A DNA stretch of 64,000 nt from Fistulifera solaris (Eukaryota). Under the pieces are notes generated by a model that had not been told where the DNA came from, ran no database searches, and was given only the letters and a program-made list of their open reading frames with translations. This document shows positions 35,535 through 46,292 of the stretch, one piece after another. A program made the position numbers and the translations under genes. Position 1 is the first letter of the stretch. The number at the start of each line of letters is the position of its first letter. The stretch covers positions 372,001 through 436,000 of the forward strand of contig AP026125.1 in NCBI GenBank assembly GCA_030295235.1, written 5' to 3'.

Positions 35535-38301
35535 TTAACCCAAAGTGATTTTTGATTGAAGCGATGAAATGGCAATCGAAAATGCCTGAACAGCAGTAAG
35601 CGGGTGCTGAAAGTCCATTGTGAAAGAGTGTCGCCCTTGAATTCGTCCAAACTGAAGCAAAATGTTGTCTTGATCGTGGCGCTCGCAAAGCTGAAAATTT
35701 TTACACTAGCCACGCTCACCCTGCCGCCAAAATTCAAAACAAAAGAACCCAGTTCCATATTCCACCAGGGTGGACGATTCTGCAAAACCGTCAAACCCAT
35801 AGTATCGTTTGGATCGGAAACGTCATCTTGTTCCTGACCGTCATCAGCAATCGGATTTCGCTCTTGCGCATCAATTCTTTGCAGAATTTTACGCAAAGAA
35901 GAGAGCATACTGGCATCATCGCCCGCATCTGCTTCCTCTAAATAACTCTTCCAGTGGAGAGAGGACTCTGTAGTTACTTTCGGGATACACACATCCATTG
36001 TGCGAGGTCTACTGCCGAGGAGGTTCGCTGTGTAAGCTATAATTCCAATCTCTTCTTCTGACACATAAGTGCTGTTCGTTTCTTCTTTATCTTCTTTAGG
36101 TTCCGGAGTGCTAGCTGCGATGGCACGACGCTTCGACCTTCGAGCTTGGCCCGTCATGTCCTGACCAGGCGACCCAAAGAAAAAATGGCGATTCCTGGGT
36201 TCGTCTGCGGCCATATCTGTGCCCACATTAGCGCGACGAAGGGGAAAGTGGAATATAGAGCGCCGTGATGGTACATGATCTGTAGACGGACTAATATCCT
36301 CTCCAAAATTGCCATCCACTTTTTTTTGCGTGCGGTTTGATACGGCACGGTGAAAATATCTGAAACTCCGTCCCAATGAAATTGCTTTGCAATCGGCCCA
36401 AATATTGCACCCTTTTGTCATCTACACAAGCAACAGATCGAGGACGAACGCTGCTCAAACTATCAGAACCTTCTTCTTGATTGTTGACGGTTTCAAAGTG
36501 CGCATCGAGGTCTCCTTGTTCGGGCAAACAAATAAAATAGTTGTTTGCTCCTTTCTTCGAAATTATCGTCGGTACCATCCCTCTTACGTCCATCTGGGCG
36601 CGACTTCTTGCAACCAACAAAACTGTATCTTTGCGAATATAGTCCTCCTCAATCAAAGGCGCCAGTGGAGCAAACGGGCGATCTCGGATAAATAGCCGAT
36701 ACTCGTACGTGGGAAAGAAACGACCTTTAACGCTAACACCTTTGCCGCGTGACGGAGATTTGATGCGTTGAATTTCACATTGGACAACTCCTACAGCTTT
36801 CGGACATGGTTTTGTTAAGAAGTCCTGCAACGAAGACAGTCTGGGGACCGCAGTATGACCATCATGGTAGTGAATGCCGGCGGTAGAAGGAAAAATCTCG
36901 TCCCAGAAATCCAACAAGCACTCGTCGAAGGCAGCGTTATCATTTTTAGCAAGGAGCGCGTCTAACTTGCGTTCATAGCTATCGAAACGAATCTGAAGAT
37001 CATCCAACGACAAAGAGACTCCGGTAGCGAAATCAGGCATTCCCCGGAGCACAGTCGCGGCAGAATAGACCATTGTATCTACCAAATCAACAACTGGCTT
37101 CTCCTTGAATGGTGAGGGTTCAATCTGAGGCTCAAATAAGTCAACATGCGGCTGATTTCTAGCATCCCTCGCCAGACCGATAGCATGAGCAAACAATTGA
37201 GCATGGAGATCAGCATTTGGTATTCGCGGCTCAAACGGATTCTCATCCTCCTCTTCTCCTGCAACAGCCGGAAGAAGACCAAATTCCAGATGTGGCGATC
37301 GCGGTCTGAATATGCCTCTTTGTGTATTCCGTCTGCGTGTATTGTTGGAATGAAAGAAATCTACCGAAAGACTTACTGGAGCGTAAATAAAACCTCCGTC
37401 GTCAGCAGCGTACCGACCTGCCAAATGATGATCATACAAGTGCTGATGGATATTAAGTCTCAACTTTCTTTTGTGGGAAGGAATATCCTTTGGGGAATCG
37501 GCGTTCAAAGCCTTATACCAACTATCAACAACAGTCCGATGGGGTGAAAGGTCCCTTCTGCTTAATACGAGCCCTGGCTCAATTTTGCTTTCTTTGTGCA
37601 TCAAAAATAGAGCTTTTACTTCCAGATATGTCATGTCTCGCGATAAGCCTCCACTTTGTTCACGAAAACTTTCACGTTGCTCGTAAAAGGGTCAACTTGA
37701 AAAGAACTTTCATCATTTTCTTCCTCTTGCTTCATACGAATTTCTGTCTGCATTCTCCATAACATTGTATGATGCTCATGTCCGTACGAGCGTGGATACA
37801 CCGGTACGCCTTCCGAAATGTATAACGATATCAGCTCTCTAGCATCTTCCTGAAAGCCCAGCTTCCACGCCGTGGCGGCTTCTACTGCACATTTGAAGGC
37901 ATGCATCCGAACCCGTCGTACAATCGCTCGAGCTACACGGCAAGCTGCTTTGTCGGCTAAAGCAAATTCACTCCATTCGGAAGGATCCAGAAATGAGGCC
38001 ACCGCGTGGAGGGCGTCAATAGGTAAGCAGACGATTCCGCACGGGGCAGTGCCCATCGCCATTTCATCCGAACGTTCTGAATTATTCCCGATTTCCATAT
38101 CAGTATCTTCAATTTCTGGCGAAAAGATGTGCCCTTTTCTACGAGCGCCATCTGTTGCTCTGCAGTATCGTGAGCGTCCGGTAAAGATGATTCTTCTCTA
38201 TCCGAATTTACCGCAATCTGCTTCGCCGCAGTCTCAGAAAAAACCTCGCTTTCGGCAAGAAAGACCTCTTCATCCCCGTCGCCTGTGTTTGTTGTCTTCA
38301 T
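35535..38301 (-). CDS. Tubby-like protein with N-terminal F-box-like motif (several frameshifts)
   Basis: F-box-like CLPIDALHAVASFLDPSEWSEFA. Tubby domain motifs: VVQCEIQR, FFPTYEY, YLGRLQSNFIGTEFQIF, IAYTANLLGSRPRTM, LQNRPPWWN..SFVLNFGGRVSVASVK and FTMDFQHPLTAVQAFSIA (read across frames). Confidence 0.85.
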
Positions 38302-38569
38302 TTCAAATGATTCAAAATTTCGATCAACAATGTTAAACAAGACGATTCGCTCATCTACTTGATGGGATTGCCGCGCTGCTTCTTTCGTTGTTGACAGTCC
38401 TTTTCGATTTTCGATGCAAAAAGGCGTTGCAAATAAGTGCGGACGAAAAAAGCGCGCAAAGCAATACCGCATTGTATCGTCCCAACTGTATGACGAAACG
38501 ACGTACCGGTAATAAAAATGACGTCAGCTCCAGTGGAAACGGTACTGAGCGCAACTCACTGGTGTATGG

Positions 38570-38719
38570 ATCCGGATCAATACCCACATTTTTTTGCTCG
38601 TTGCTTGTACTATTCACGTGATCCTTCGAGTGCCGGCTTGTATTTTACATGCCCTTAACAGTGGCCACGGACAGTACAAATATTTCCAACGGACAAAAAA
38701 TGTGGGTATTGATCCGGAT
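38570..38719. mobile_element. MITE-like 150-bp element with 25-bp perfect terminal inverted repeats
   Basis: ATCCGGATCAATACCCACATTTTTT (38570-38594) is the exact reverse complement of AAAAAATGTGGGTATTGATCCGGAT (38695-38719), with imperfect inward extension. No clear TSD (possibly AT). Confidence 0.6.
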
Positions 38720-38936
38720 GGTAGTCACCTAAACAAATACTCGCGGAAAACATCAAGCTCGAAGAAAGTGTACATATTGATACCGCAGAGACGTGATCGG
38801 CGAAACACAAACCTCGCAAAAAACTGCACCCCCTTTTCTGCGGGAGGAAAACGGTGGCGATCAGATGATGATTCATTCTGCGATCGCGGCCAAAGATTTC
38901 TTTCATTTCTGATACTTTCAAAGATCATTACTCATC

Positions 38937-41261
38937 ATGTCTTCAACAGCATCTTTCGCGAGCGAAACATACTATCACGCCGTTTCAGACTCCGAGGAAA
39001 GTGCGGGGAGTTACAGTGACGATAACATCTTTCGCAAAGGAGATGCAATTGAAGTGATTTCTGGGAAATACAAAGGTCGAAGTGGGGTTGTTCGAAAGAC
39101 TCCCGTAAAGTGGATACCGCTACTCCTACATCCTACATCTACAGAAAGCAGCAAAGAAGTATGTCTGCCGCCAACTTCGGTGCGAAAAGTAAGAAGGAAC
39201 GCGGGGATGAATTATGAGGCGAACGTCGACGAAAACGTGTCCCCACCAAATCAGCCGTCGTCAAGAACGTCAGCGGCGCCATCCGAACCACAACCGGCCC
39301 CACCGAGCCACGATTCTCATACATCATCACAGGAGCGCAACGAACCTGCAACAGATTTTCAGGGCGAGACTTACTACAATGCGATATCAGACTCTGAGGG
39401 AAGTACGGTGTATGAGACTGACGATGACGACAACGACGAAACTGCTATTCGTCAAGGAGTTACAATTGAAGTGGTTGCTGGAAAATATAAAGGGCGAACT
39501 GGAGTAGTTACAAAGACCCCCGTAAAGTGGATACCGGTGCTGCTACATTCCACATCCACAGAAAGCAGCAAAGAAGCCTGCCTCCCTCCTGCTTCGGTGA
39601 GAAAAGTAAGAAACGCCACACGGAGCAACTATGATGAAGATGGTGACGAAACCATGTCTCCTCCGCCCCCACCCAGAACGTCAACAGTTCCACCAGTGGC
39701 CACGGCAAGCTACAGAATTGAAAACTCCCTGTTGTCACTGCCTGGATATCAACATGATCGATGCCTAATGGTTCCCGACGGTAAAGAGACAACCTTCGGC
39801 CCAACTCTGGCCTCTAAACTGTTTCACCTTGTAAATTATTCTTTTCCAATCAACAAAAACAGCCCGGCAATACCCACAGAATGGACCGAGTCGGGTCACA
39901 CTCTTCAATTAATCGCTACCAAAGTGCATGATCATAAGATAGGAAAGGAGAAACGGACTACCTACACACTCATGGCGCACTACGGCATTACTAAAGATGG
40001 GTTGCTCCAAACTTTGGAAGACTACGCAGCATTCGGCATGCTTCCTCCGAGGAAAGTGGCGTCGCGTTTGGAACTACTTTTTACACCCGCCATAAAGAAT
40101 CATCGCCAAATCCCAGCCATTTGCCACGATATTACAACGGATTACATCGAGATGCTCCCCGATGATGATTCTATTCACAGCGATGGGTGCGGATTCGTCC
40201 CCCGATGGGTCATTGAGAAGTTGTTTGGGCAGCTCACAGATGGCAAGCGGACTTTTGCGTTCATGGTACGCATTCTGGCCCCACAAATCGGTCTGGTCAA
40301 AGGGGTTCTGATGGAGAAACCCGGGATCGATAAGATTCAATTACATCCGACCATGATCAAGGTTCCACCCTCACAACGCAATCCCAATAGCAAGAAAGTG
40401 ATATTGCTAGCCAGTCGATCGTATCCCTCGAAAAATAATCTTCAAGAAGCGCGCCTCTTAAAGAAAGACAAAGAGCCATGCAAATCATTCAAGCCGAACA
40501 AACTCAAACACATGGCAACCAATGTTCTTGAGGCAAGTCAGATACCTAAAACAGTGATTGACAAGTACGTCAAAAACGCTACTTCAACAAACGGCTTGGA
40601 GCATGCCTTTGTTTTGGGTGCCTCGGATCCAACCAACGCCATTCCACCGGGCCACGTCTTTCTTTCTGGTTTCACTCATGACCTCCCCGATCATATCTTG
40701 GTAACACGGTTCCCTTGCACGGAATCGTCCGATCTTCTCAAGTTACCGCTGGTCAAGACGAAACCTCATGGAATGTCCGACGAGCAGTGGCAATTTCTGA
40801 CCAAGTTAGCCTTTGGTGCCATCCTCTTTGGAAATCCTGGAAACGGGCGTGGACCTTTGCCTCCGATGATTGCGAACGGAGATTTAGATGGTGACTTGTA
40901 CATGGTTTTGTGGAATAAGGGCTTGGGATCGTATGTACCCGTAACAGACACAACGTTGTTTTGTCCTGCAGCGAAGACCGAAACCAAGTTGAATGACGAA
41001 TGGAACCCCAACTGGTTGACCGACGCGTACGGTCTGATGTCTGACATCAATGCCTTATATTTACGGCAAACACTGATTGGTAAGCTGCACACTTTGTGGA
41101 AGAAAAGCGACGATCACGCCAAGTGTCATGCCTTTGGGAGGGCTTACAAGGAAGCAATCGACATTGGCAAACATGGCGGGAAAGTGCCATTGCCACGAGC
41201 ATTCTGGTCGGATCTAAAATTGGAATATCATGTTTTACTGGAGGATGCAAGATACTCATAA
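38937..41261 (+). CDS. Cellular (RDR/QDE-1 type) RNA-dependent RNA polymerase, short, intronless, with duplicated KOW-like N-terminal module
   Basis: KVASRLELLFT, HSDGCGF, AFMVRI..GLVKGVL, IQLHPTMIK, VLGASDPTNAIPPGHVF, LVTRFPC, catalytic NGDLDGDLYMVLW (DLDGD at 40881-40895), IGKLHTLW and AIDIGKHG. Confidence 0.9.
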   Translation: MSSTASFASETYYHAVSDSEESAGSYSDDNIFRKGDAIEVISGKYKGRSGVVRKTPVKWIPLLLHPTSTESSKEVCLPPTSVRKVRRNAGMNYEANVDENVSPPNQPSSRTSAAPSEPQPAPPSHDSHTSSQERNEPATDFQGETYYNAISDSEGSTVYETDDDDNDETAIRQGVTIEVVAGKYKGRTGVVTKTPVKWIPVLLHSTSTESSKEACLPPASVRKVRNATRSNYDEDGDETMSPPPPPRTSTVPPVATASYRIENSLLSLPGYQHDRCLMVPDGKETTFGPTLASKLFHLVNYSFPINKNSPAIPTEWTESGHTLQLIATKVHDHKIGKEKRTTYTLMAHYGITKDGLLQTLEDYAAFGMLPPRKVASRLELLFTPAIKNHRQIPAICHDITTDYIEMLPDDDSIHSDGCGFVPRWVIEKLFGQLTDGKRTFAFMVRILAPQIGLVKGVLMEKPGIDKIQLHPTMIKVPPSQRNPNSKKVILLASRSYPSKNNLQEARLLKKDKEPCKSFKPNKLKHMATNVLEASQIPKTVIDKYVKNATSTNGLEHAFVLGASDPTNAIPPGHVFLSGFTHDLPDHILVTRFPCTESSDLLKLPLVKTKPHGMSDEQWQFLTKLAFGAILFGNPGNGRGPLPPMIANGDLDGDLYMVLWNKGLGSYVPVTDTTLFCPAAKTETKLNDEWNPNWLTDAYGLMSDINALYLRQTLIGKLHTLWKKSDDHAKCHAFGRAYKEAIDIGKHGGKVPLPRAFWSDLKLEYHVLLEDARYS
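38952..39680 (+). repeat. Internal direct duplication in the RdRP 5' region (copies ~38952-39250 and ~39355-39670)
   Basis: Protein copies ETYYHAVSDSE..KGDAIEVISGKYKGRSGVVRKTPVKWIPLLLHPTSTESSKEVCLPPTSVRKVR and ETYYNAISDSE..QGVTIEVVAGKYKGRTGVVTKTPVKWIPVLLHSTSTESSKEACLPPASVRKVR. Shared DNA blocks CCCGTAAAGTGGATACCG and ACAGAAAGCAGCAAAGAAG. Confidence 0.92.
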
Positions 41262-41573
41262 AATTTAATGTATGCGCATTCTATAAATTCTAGCGCCTAT
41301 AACAAACAAACGAATAGTGTTTGAGAGGAGATGGAGAGCTAAGGTTAGATAAATACTGCTGGTACCGGTCGGACGCGGTATCGCACGACTACTATCTCTC
41401 GCACGCTCACAAATTAGTTGCTGCCCACCATCGTCACGCTTTTCTCTCGTCATTCCTTATGGCAACTTTCAACTTTCAAGTGACGCAATCCATCAACATC
41501 CTTACCATTCTATAAAGCCTAAACAACAGAATATTTGTTCCTTCTTGTGTGAGAACACAACTCAGCTGCACAC

Positions 41574-42950
41574 ATGTCGCTACGAGGACAGCCACTGGTC
41601 GTCATTGAAGACATACCCCTTGGTTTAGGTCCATCGTCTCGAGAACACAGCGTTTCATCGGGCAGTCGAACCACGGTTCTATCGGCGCGTTCCTATGACT
41701 TTAACAACTTGGGCAGCGATGAGATGGACGAGAATGAAGAAACGTTTCCGTATGTTGCGTTAGAAATGGAGTGGGAAGCGTTGCAGAAACGATGCTCTCA
41801 TCGAGATATGCTCTTACGTCGGATGGCAAAAACAAAAAGTCCCGAATTTATGAAAATATTGAAAAAGCGCGAATTGAAAGTCAGAAGGCAAGAGTTTCGA
41901 AAGCTATTTTTACGGCATTTAAGAAACGAATCTCTGTTAACCAGGGAGGACTTGAAGAATGATGACGAATCCGTTTCAGAGCATCAACGTCGAAAACGTA
42001 GAATACATCAGCCTCTTGCCGACGACGATGATACGTCGTCCGAAATATGGTTCGATACTTCTTCCGAGTCGGTTCATAGATTCTCTGTAGACCCATCGGT
42101 GTGTTCTTCTGATACGAGTTATTTCAGGGGGCGAGACTGGAGTTCCAAAGCCCGCGAGCTGGCACTCTTCGAATGGCACACCACAGCTCCTGCTATTATG
42201 TCACTGGTTGTACATTGCTTTGGTCATGCCGCGCTTTATGACGGAATTGAAGTCTTATCGGAAGAGTTTAAAAAGTATTGCGGATTTTATGGGTTACAAA
42301 GATGGCCCATTCGCCCTGAATTCGTGGCGTTGTTCATCATGTTTATACTGGGGATTACATTGCTACGCATGTCCGGCTTCTTGTATTGGTGGCTCAACGA
42401 GAACGACTTTCTATGTCTCAAGTTTGACTATCACAACCGTTCGAGGCTGGAATGGTGGGATGCCCGATTTTTATTGTGGATGAGGCGTCATCCGGTGTGT
42501 CAAGCTCTTTCATATTTTGCTGGGTATCAACTCATTTTCATGGTTGTGAATGAGATATTTTACTATTCTTTTTATCTGTTTGACCAAAGACAGACCATCC
42601 TCGAATCCTTGCCCAGCGAACGGTTCTTCAAAGACCAGGGTCGTTTTCCCGCCTCATCTGCGGATACCCGCCAATCTTCAGAGTCGAACACATGCAGCGA
42701 GGAGCTCGTGGTTCTTACCGATGAAACTACGGCGTTGCTCAGCCAGGATATTCGCTATTTATGGAAAAAGCTGATAGTCAGCTCGTTCGACGCATTTTGT
42801 TACGATTGGGTGACCGACCTTGCCGGCGAAGATGAGCACCCGCTTCCGCTGGTAACCCCCTTCCGAGCTGTATCTGTTTGCATTATCACAATCGCCTTTT
42901 GCGTTGTCATTCTGAAGCACTATGGCTTTGGGGTTTTTGAAAAGTACTAG
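41574..42950 (+). CDS. Hypothetical multi-pass membrane protein
   Basis: 458-aa ORF with a charged N-terminal half and about four hydrophobic helices. Confidence 0.7.
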   Translation: MSLRGQPLVVIEDIPLGLGPSSREHSVSSGSRTTVLSARSYDFNNLGSDEMDENEETFPYVALEMEWEALQKRCSHRDMLLRRMAKTKSPEFMKILKKRELKVRRQEFRKLFLRHLRNESLLTREDLKNDDESVSEHQRRKRRIHQPLADDDDTSSEIWFDTSSESVHRFSVDPSVCSSDTSYFRGRDWSSKARELALFEWHTTAPAIMSLVVHCFGHAALYDGIEVLSEEFKKYCGFYGLQRWPIRPEFVALFIMFILGITLLRMSGFLYWWLNENDFLCLKFDYHNRSRLEWWDARFLLWMRRHPVCQALSYFAGYQLIFMVVNEIFYYSFYLFDQRQTILESLPSERFFKDQGRFPASSADTRQSSESNTCSEELVVLTDETTALLSQDIRYLWKKLIVSSFDAFCYDWVTDLAGEDEHPLPLVTPFRAVSVCIITIAFCVVILKHYGFGVFEKY

Positions 42951-43002
42951 CAACAAATCAAAAACTTAAAACTTAAGATAGTAGCGCTAGAGAAGCAAAC
43001 AG

Positions 43003-44099
43003 TTAGTTGGATTTTACTAATGAATGAGCGGCGATGGCAATCATAGCGGCAGTTTCGGAACGCAAAATCGTATTCCCGAGAGAAACGTTGCGAATCCGGC
43101 CTTGGCACTGTGCTTCCCAGGAGTCCATCATTTCTTCCTCGGCGGGACTCCAACCCCCTTCGGGGCCTACAAGAAACAGAACCGGTTCGTCCGACTGGTT
43201 ATCTTGGAGTGCTTCTAAAATAGGAATTGTATCCGCCCTTTCTCGGGCGATCAGCACTTTTCCCACCGGGCTCTCTTGCCACAATTGCTGAAAATCACGC
43301 AATGCAATCGTTCTTAATGCAGAACTTCGCTCTGGTGGCAACGAATAATTCGAAGACGGCGCAGCGAAAAGGAACGGTACAGTCAATCGTTCACTTTGTT
43401 CGACAGCTTCCAACACGTATGACTGGACTTTGTCGAAATCGATACCCGAGGCTTCGGAGTATTCCGTATCTAGAAACAGGAATCCATCCACACCAAGTTC
43501 GACCGTTTTTTCCATTAGCCATCGCAATCGTTCCTTCTTTTCGGAGGAGCAATGCACAAAATGGACGGCCGGGATACGAGTCCGGAGGTACGTAGGGGTT
43601 CCAAACATTCGACCGTGACGAGCGAATTCCGGCGTTTGTCTTCCAATACCGAGACGCGTGCCAGCCATTCCGAATGCGGATCAAACACGCGTATGTTAGA
43701 TTTGCGTTTGTTCCATCGTAGCACGGTAATAAGATAGCGAGATTGCTCCGGTGTGAGCTCGAGGATAGCATTGGCGCGGCACGATGCAGGTGCGGAGGAG
43801 AACCGTTGGGGCAGATTGTGAATATGAGTACACGAGGTGGGTTCCTTAGGGATCGATCCCACAAAAAGGCGAGGCAGCTTGCTGTAGCCCTCGGATTTTC
43901 CAACCACTTTGTCGCTACTATTGAGCGACGAATGGAGCCGTTGCAAAGAAGTCACAGAACGCGTCACGCAGCAGATCCTGGGTCGCTGTGATCTGAAGAG
44001 TAAATGCATGGCATAGCTTTGCAACGCGAATCCCCTCAGTCGATTTGAGCACAGAAAAACAAGCACAGAACAAAGTGAACTGCGCTTTCTACGACACAT
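43003..44099 (-). CDS. rsmE: RsmE-like 16S rRNA m3U methyltransferase (SPOUT), probably organelle-targeted; frameshifted near 43530-43600
   Basis: LPRLFV, QSRYLITVLR, WLMEKTVELGV, EAVEQSERLTVP, LVGPEGGWS and SLGNTILRSETA. Confidence 0.85.
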
Positions 44100-44243
44100 A
44101 TGTAGATATGTAGAGATCCTTTTGTTGTTATTTCAAGTTGCGTTTAGAGCTGAGAGAGACCGATGGTTGTTGTGGTTTCGAAAAAGGTGCAGAATGAAAA
44201 GCATCCATTGATGTTTGGTACCGGAACGATCTCAGGTTGGATC

Positions 44244-44345
44244 ATCTTCAACGGTCCGTTGACAGATCTTCAACGGTTTCGCGCCATGTCGCAACAATGA
44301 CATGCTGATTTTGAAACGAATATTTCCCTCCAAGCGTTCGCGCAA
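44244..44345. promoter_or_regulatory. Candidate cell-cycle promoter module upstream of the dUTPase gene
   Basis: Palindrome TCAACGG-T-CCGTTGA (44248-44262), direct repeat ATCTTCAACGGT (44244 and 44266), E2F-type TTTCGCGC (44277-44284) and TTTGAA (44310-44315). Confidence 0.4.
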
Positions 44346-44558
44346 TCCGAGCTTTGACAATCTGCTGCAATAAAGCAACTGCATTTCGGTTCATAAAAAA
44401 ATCATCATCACAGGAGACTTATAAAAGGTAGCTGCATGAAGCGATCTTTATACGAGTTCTTTCTTGCAAGCCCACAAACACATTTACTTCGTCCGAAGCG
44501 ATATTCTTCGCTCAAACTCTTCGTTTGCCTTCTTCTCTTCTCGACAACTTCTTCCGCA

Positions 44559-45086
44559 ATGACAACCTTCAGTCGCCGCCCCCAACTTTTGGTGAAAAAA
44601 CTTTCCGAGCACGCGCAATTGCCCCAACAGGGTTCCGCTGTAGCGGCCGGCTTTGATTTGTTCAGCGCCGAAGACAAGATGTTGCCCGCCGGTCAACGCG
44701 GCTTGGTCAAGACGGATCTCTCCATTGCGTGTCCCGAAGGCACGTACGGTCGCATTGCTCCCCGCTCGGGCTTGGCCTTGAAGCACGGCATTGATGTCGG
44801 AGCGGGTGTCATTGATGCGGATTATCGAGGTCCGGTCGGTATTCTTTTGTTCAATCTCAGTGACAAAGACTTTGAAATCAAACGCGGCGATCGCATTGCG
44901 CAACTCATCTTGGAACAGATTGTGATTCCCGAAATTCAGGAAGTGGAAGATTTGAGTGAAACAACGCGCGGTGCGGGTGGTTTCGGATCGACGGGGGTTC
45001 GAGATCCGCCGGCGTTGAGTCCTATGGAAATCAAGAAGCAACGTACCATCTCGCCGCAGCCTCCGGTCGCGGAAAAGCCCAACTAA
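44559..45086 (+). CDS. dut: Trimeric dUTPase (an upstream in-frame ATG at 44436 could add a presequence)
   Basis: All five motifs: [33 protein letters not shown] and [10 protein letters not shown]. Confidence 0.95.
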   Translation: MTTFSRRPQLLVKKLSEHAQLPQQGSAVAAGFDLFSAEDKMLPAGQRGLVKTDLSIACPEGTYGRIAPRSGLALKHGIDVGAGVIDADYRGPVGILLFNLSDKDFEIKRGDRIAQLILEQIVIPEIQEVEDLSETTRGAGGFGSTGVRDPPALSPMEIKKQRTISPQPPVAEKPN

Positions 45087-45198
45087 GAAAAACTTTGTTC
45101 ACCGACGAACTGATTTAAGTAATGACTAAAATAGTTTATGACATTGAATCAATCGTCTATTTTATTATTACGAAATTATTCTGTTGCGTCATTCTCGC

Positions 45199-46292
45199 TC
45201 ATGATAAACCCGACATGTTCCTCAAGTATTCCTCCTTTTCCAAAAGATTCGTAATCATCTCAATCAGTACATGTCGAGGTTCTAAACCATAGTGCGGCTT
45301 CATGTCGCCCCGAATTCGTTCTCCCGGCCGCGAACGCGCTAACACAGCACCGCCCCAGTTCACGTAATTGAATCGATTAGGAAGTCCGTTCAGTGTATTG
45401 TTGACACGAACTTGATCCAATTTATTCATTGTCACATTATTCAATGTAGAAGTCTTGTTGATGATATGTTCCTGTTGTTCGGAATATCCACTGGTTCTCC
45501 ATATCACCACCTTTCCGGTCGTGATCTGAAGCTCATTCGTGAGCTCGACCAAATCGGAAACCATTTCGACGAGTGTTCGGTTTTGAAGACCTTTACGGCA
45601 AGCCTGCGGTCGAATCACATCCCATATTCCAATGGCAACGATAATGACATCGATATCTGCAGTTATGTTGGCCCGTCCTTCCAGTTCCGTCTGCAAGAAG
45701 CGCTCCACGTCCGTATGACAAACGGCTTTCACGTAAATATGCTCTCCCTCTTCCTCGGATGTAAAATTCACCGTTCGACAGTTGTTGGGACGAAAATTGG
45801 CTTCGATCCATTTGTTGCACTCGTGAGGACCTTTTTAGCCGCATCAATCAAGTTAGGTGATGACAATTCATCCGCAAGGAAGCTGGAGTTTTTCCAGTCC
45901 AGTAATGCGTACAAATTCATGGCAGTTCGTCGACCGGTGGAATCTCCGACCCATAGGATTCTTTTTCCGCTGTAAAATTGTCGCAACTCGTTGGGTGTAT
46001 GGTATTTCCAGCCAGTGGGTGGAACCCATGTATTTCCGATCCAGGTTCCGGTCATGGTTCGGGGTGATGGAGGGTCATGCATCGCATTCGCGGTCGAGTG
46101 TAAAGAAGCATCGGTTTGATCCGTCTCATTGAAGAGCGTTTTTGATAGCATACTCCGACTTTCAGTTTGAAGAAGATTTTGGACCCATTCGAAAGGTATG
46201 AGGGCCAACAACGAAGCCACAAGTAAAAGCATCAAGGTGCGCCTTTGTCGAGGCCGCAAAACATCTCGCAAGTACCTATTCTCGTCAAACAT
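45199..46292 (-). CDS. SGNH/GDS-type acyl-esterase or O-acetyltransferase-like type II membrane protein (frameshift near 45780-45830)
   Basis: N-terminal TM, ILWVGDSTGRR, DVIIVAIGIWD, VVIWRTSG and C-terminal GDMKPHYG. Confidence 0.75.

Noticed and set aside
44484..45041. Long antisense ORFs over dUTPase and other genes (e.g. 19118-19648, 56493-57131, 59313-59837) and the off-frame ORF 59636-60277
   Set aside because: Shadow ORFs of real coding sequence with no recognisable motifs.
38937..45086. Endogenous virus suggested by RdRP plus dUTPase (and the family A polymerase)
   Set aside because: The RdRP is the cellular DLDGD type rather than a viral GDD palm enzyme, no capsid, packaging or integrase genes are seen, and the neighbours are typical host genes.
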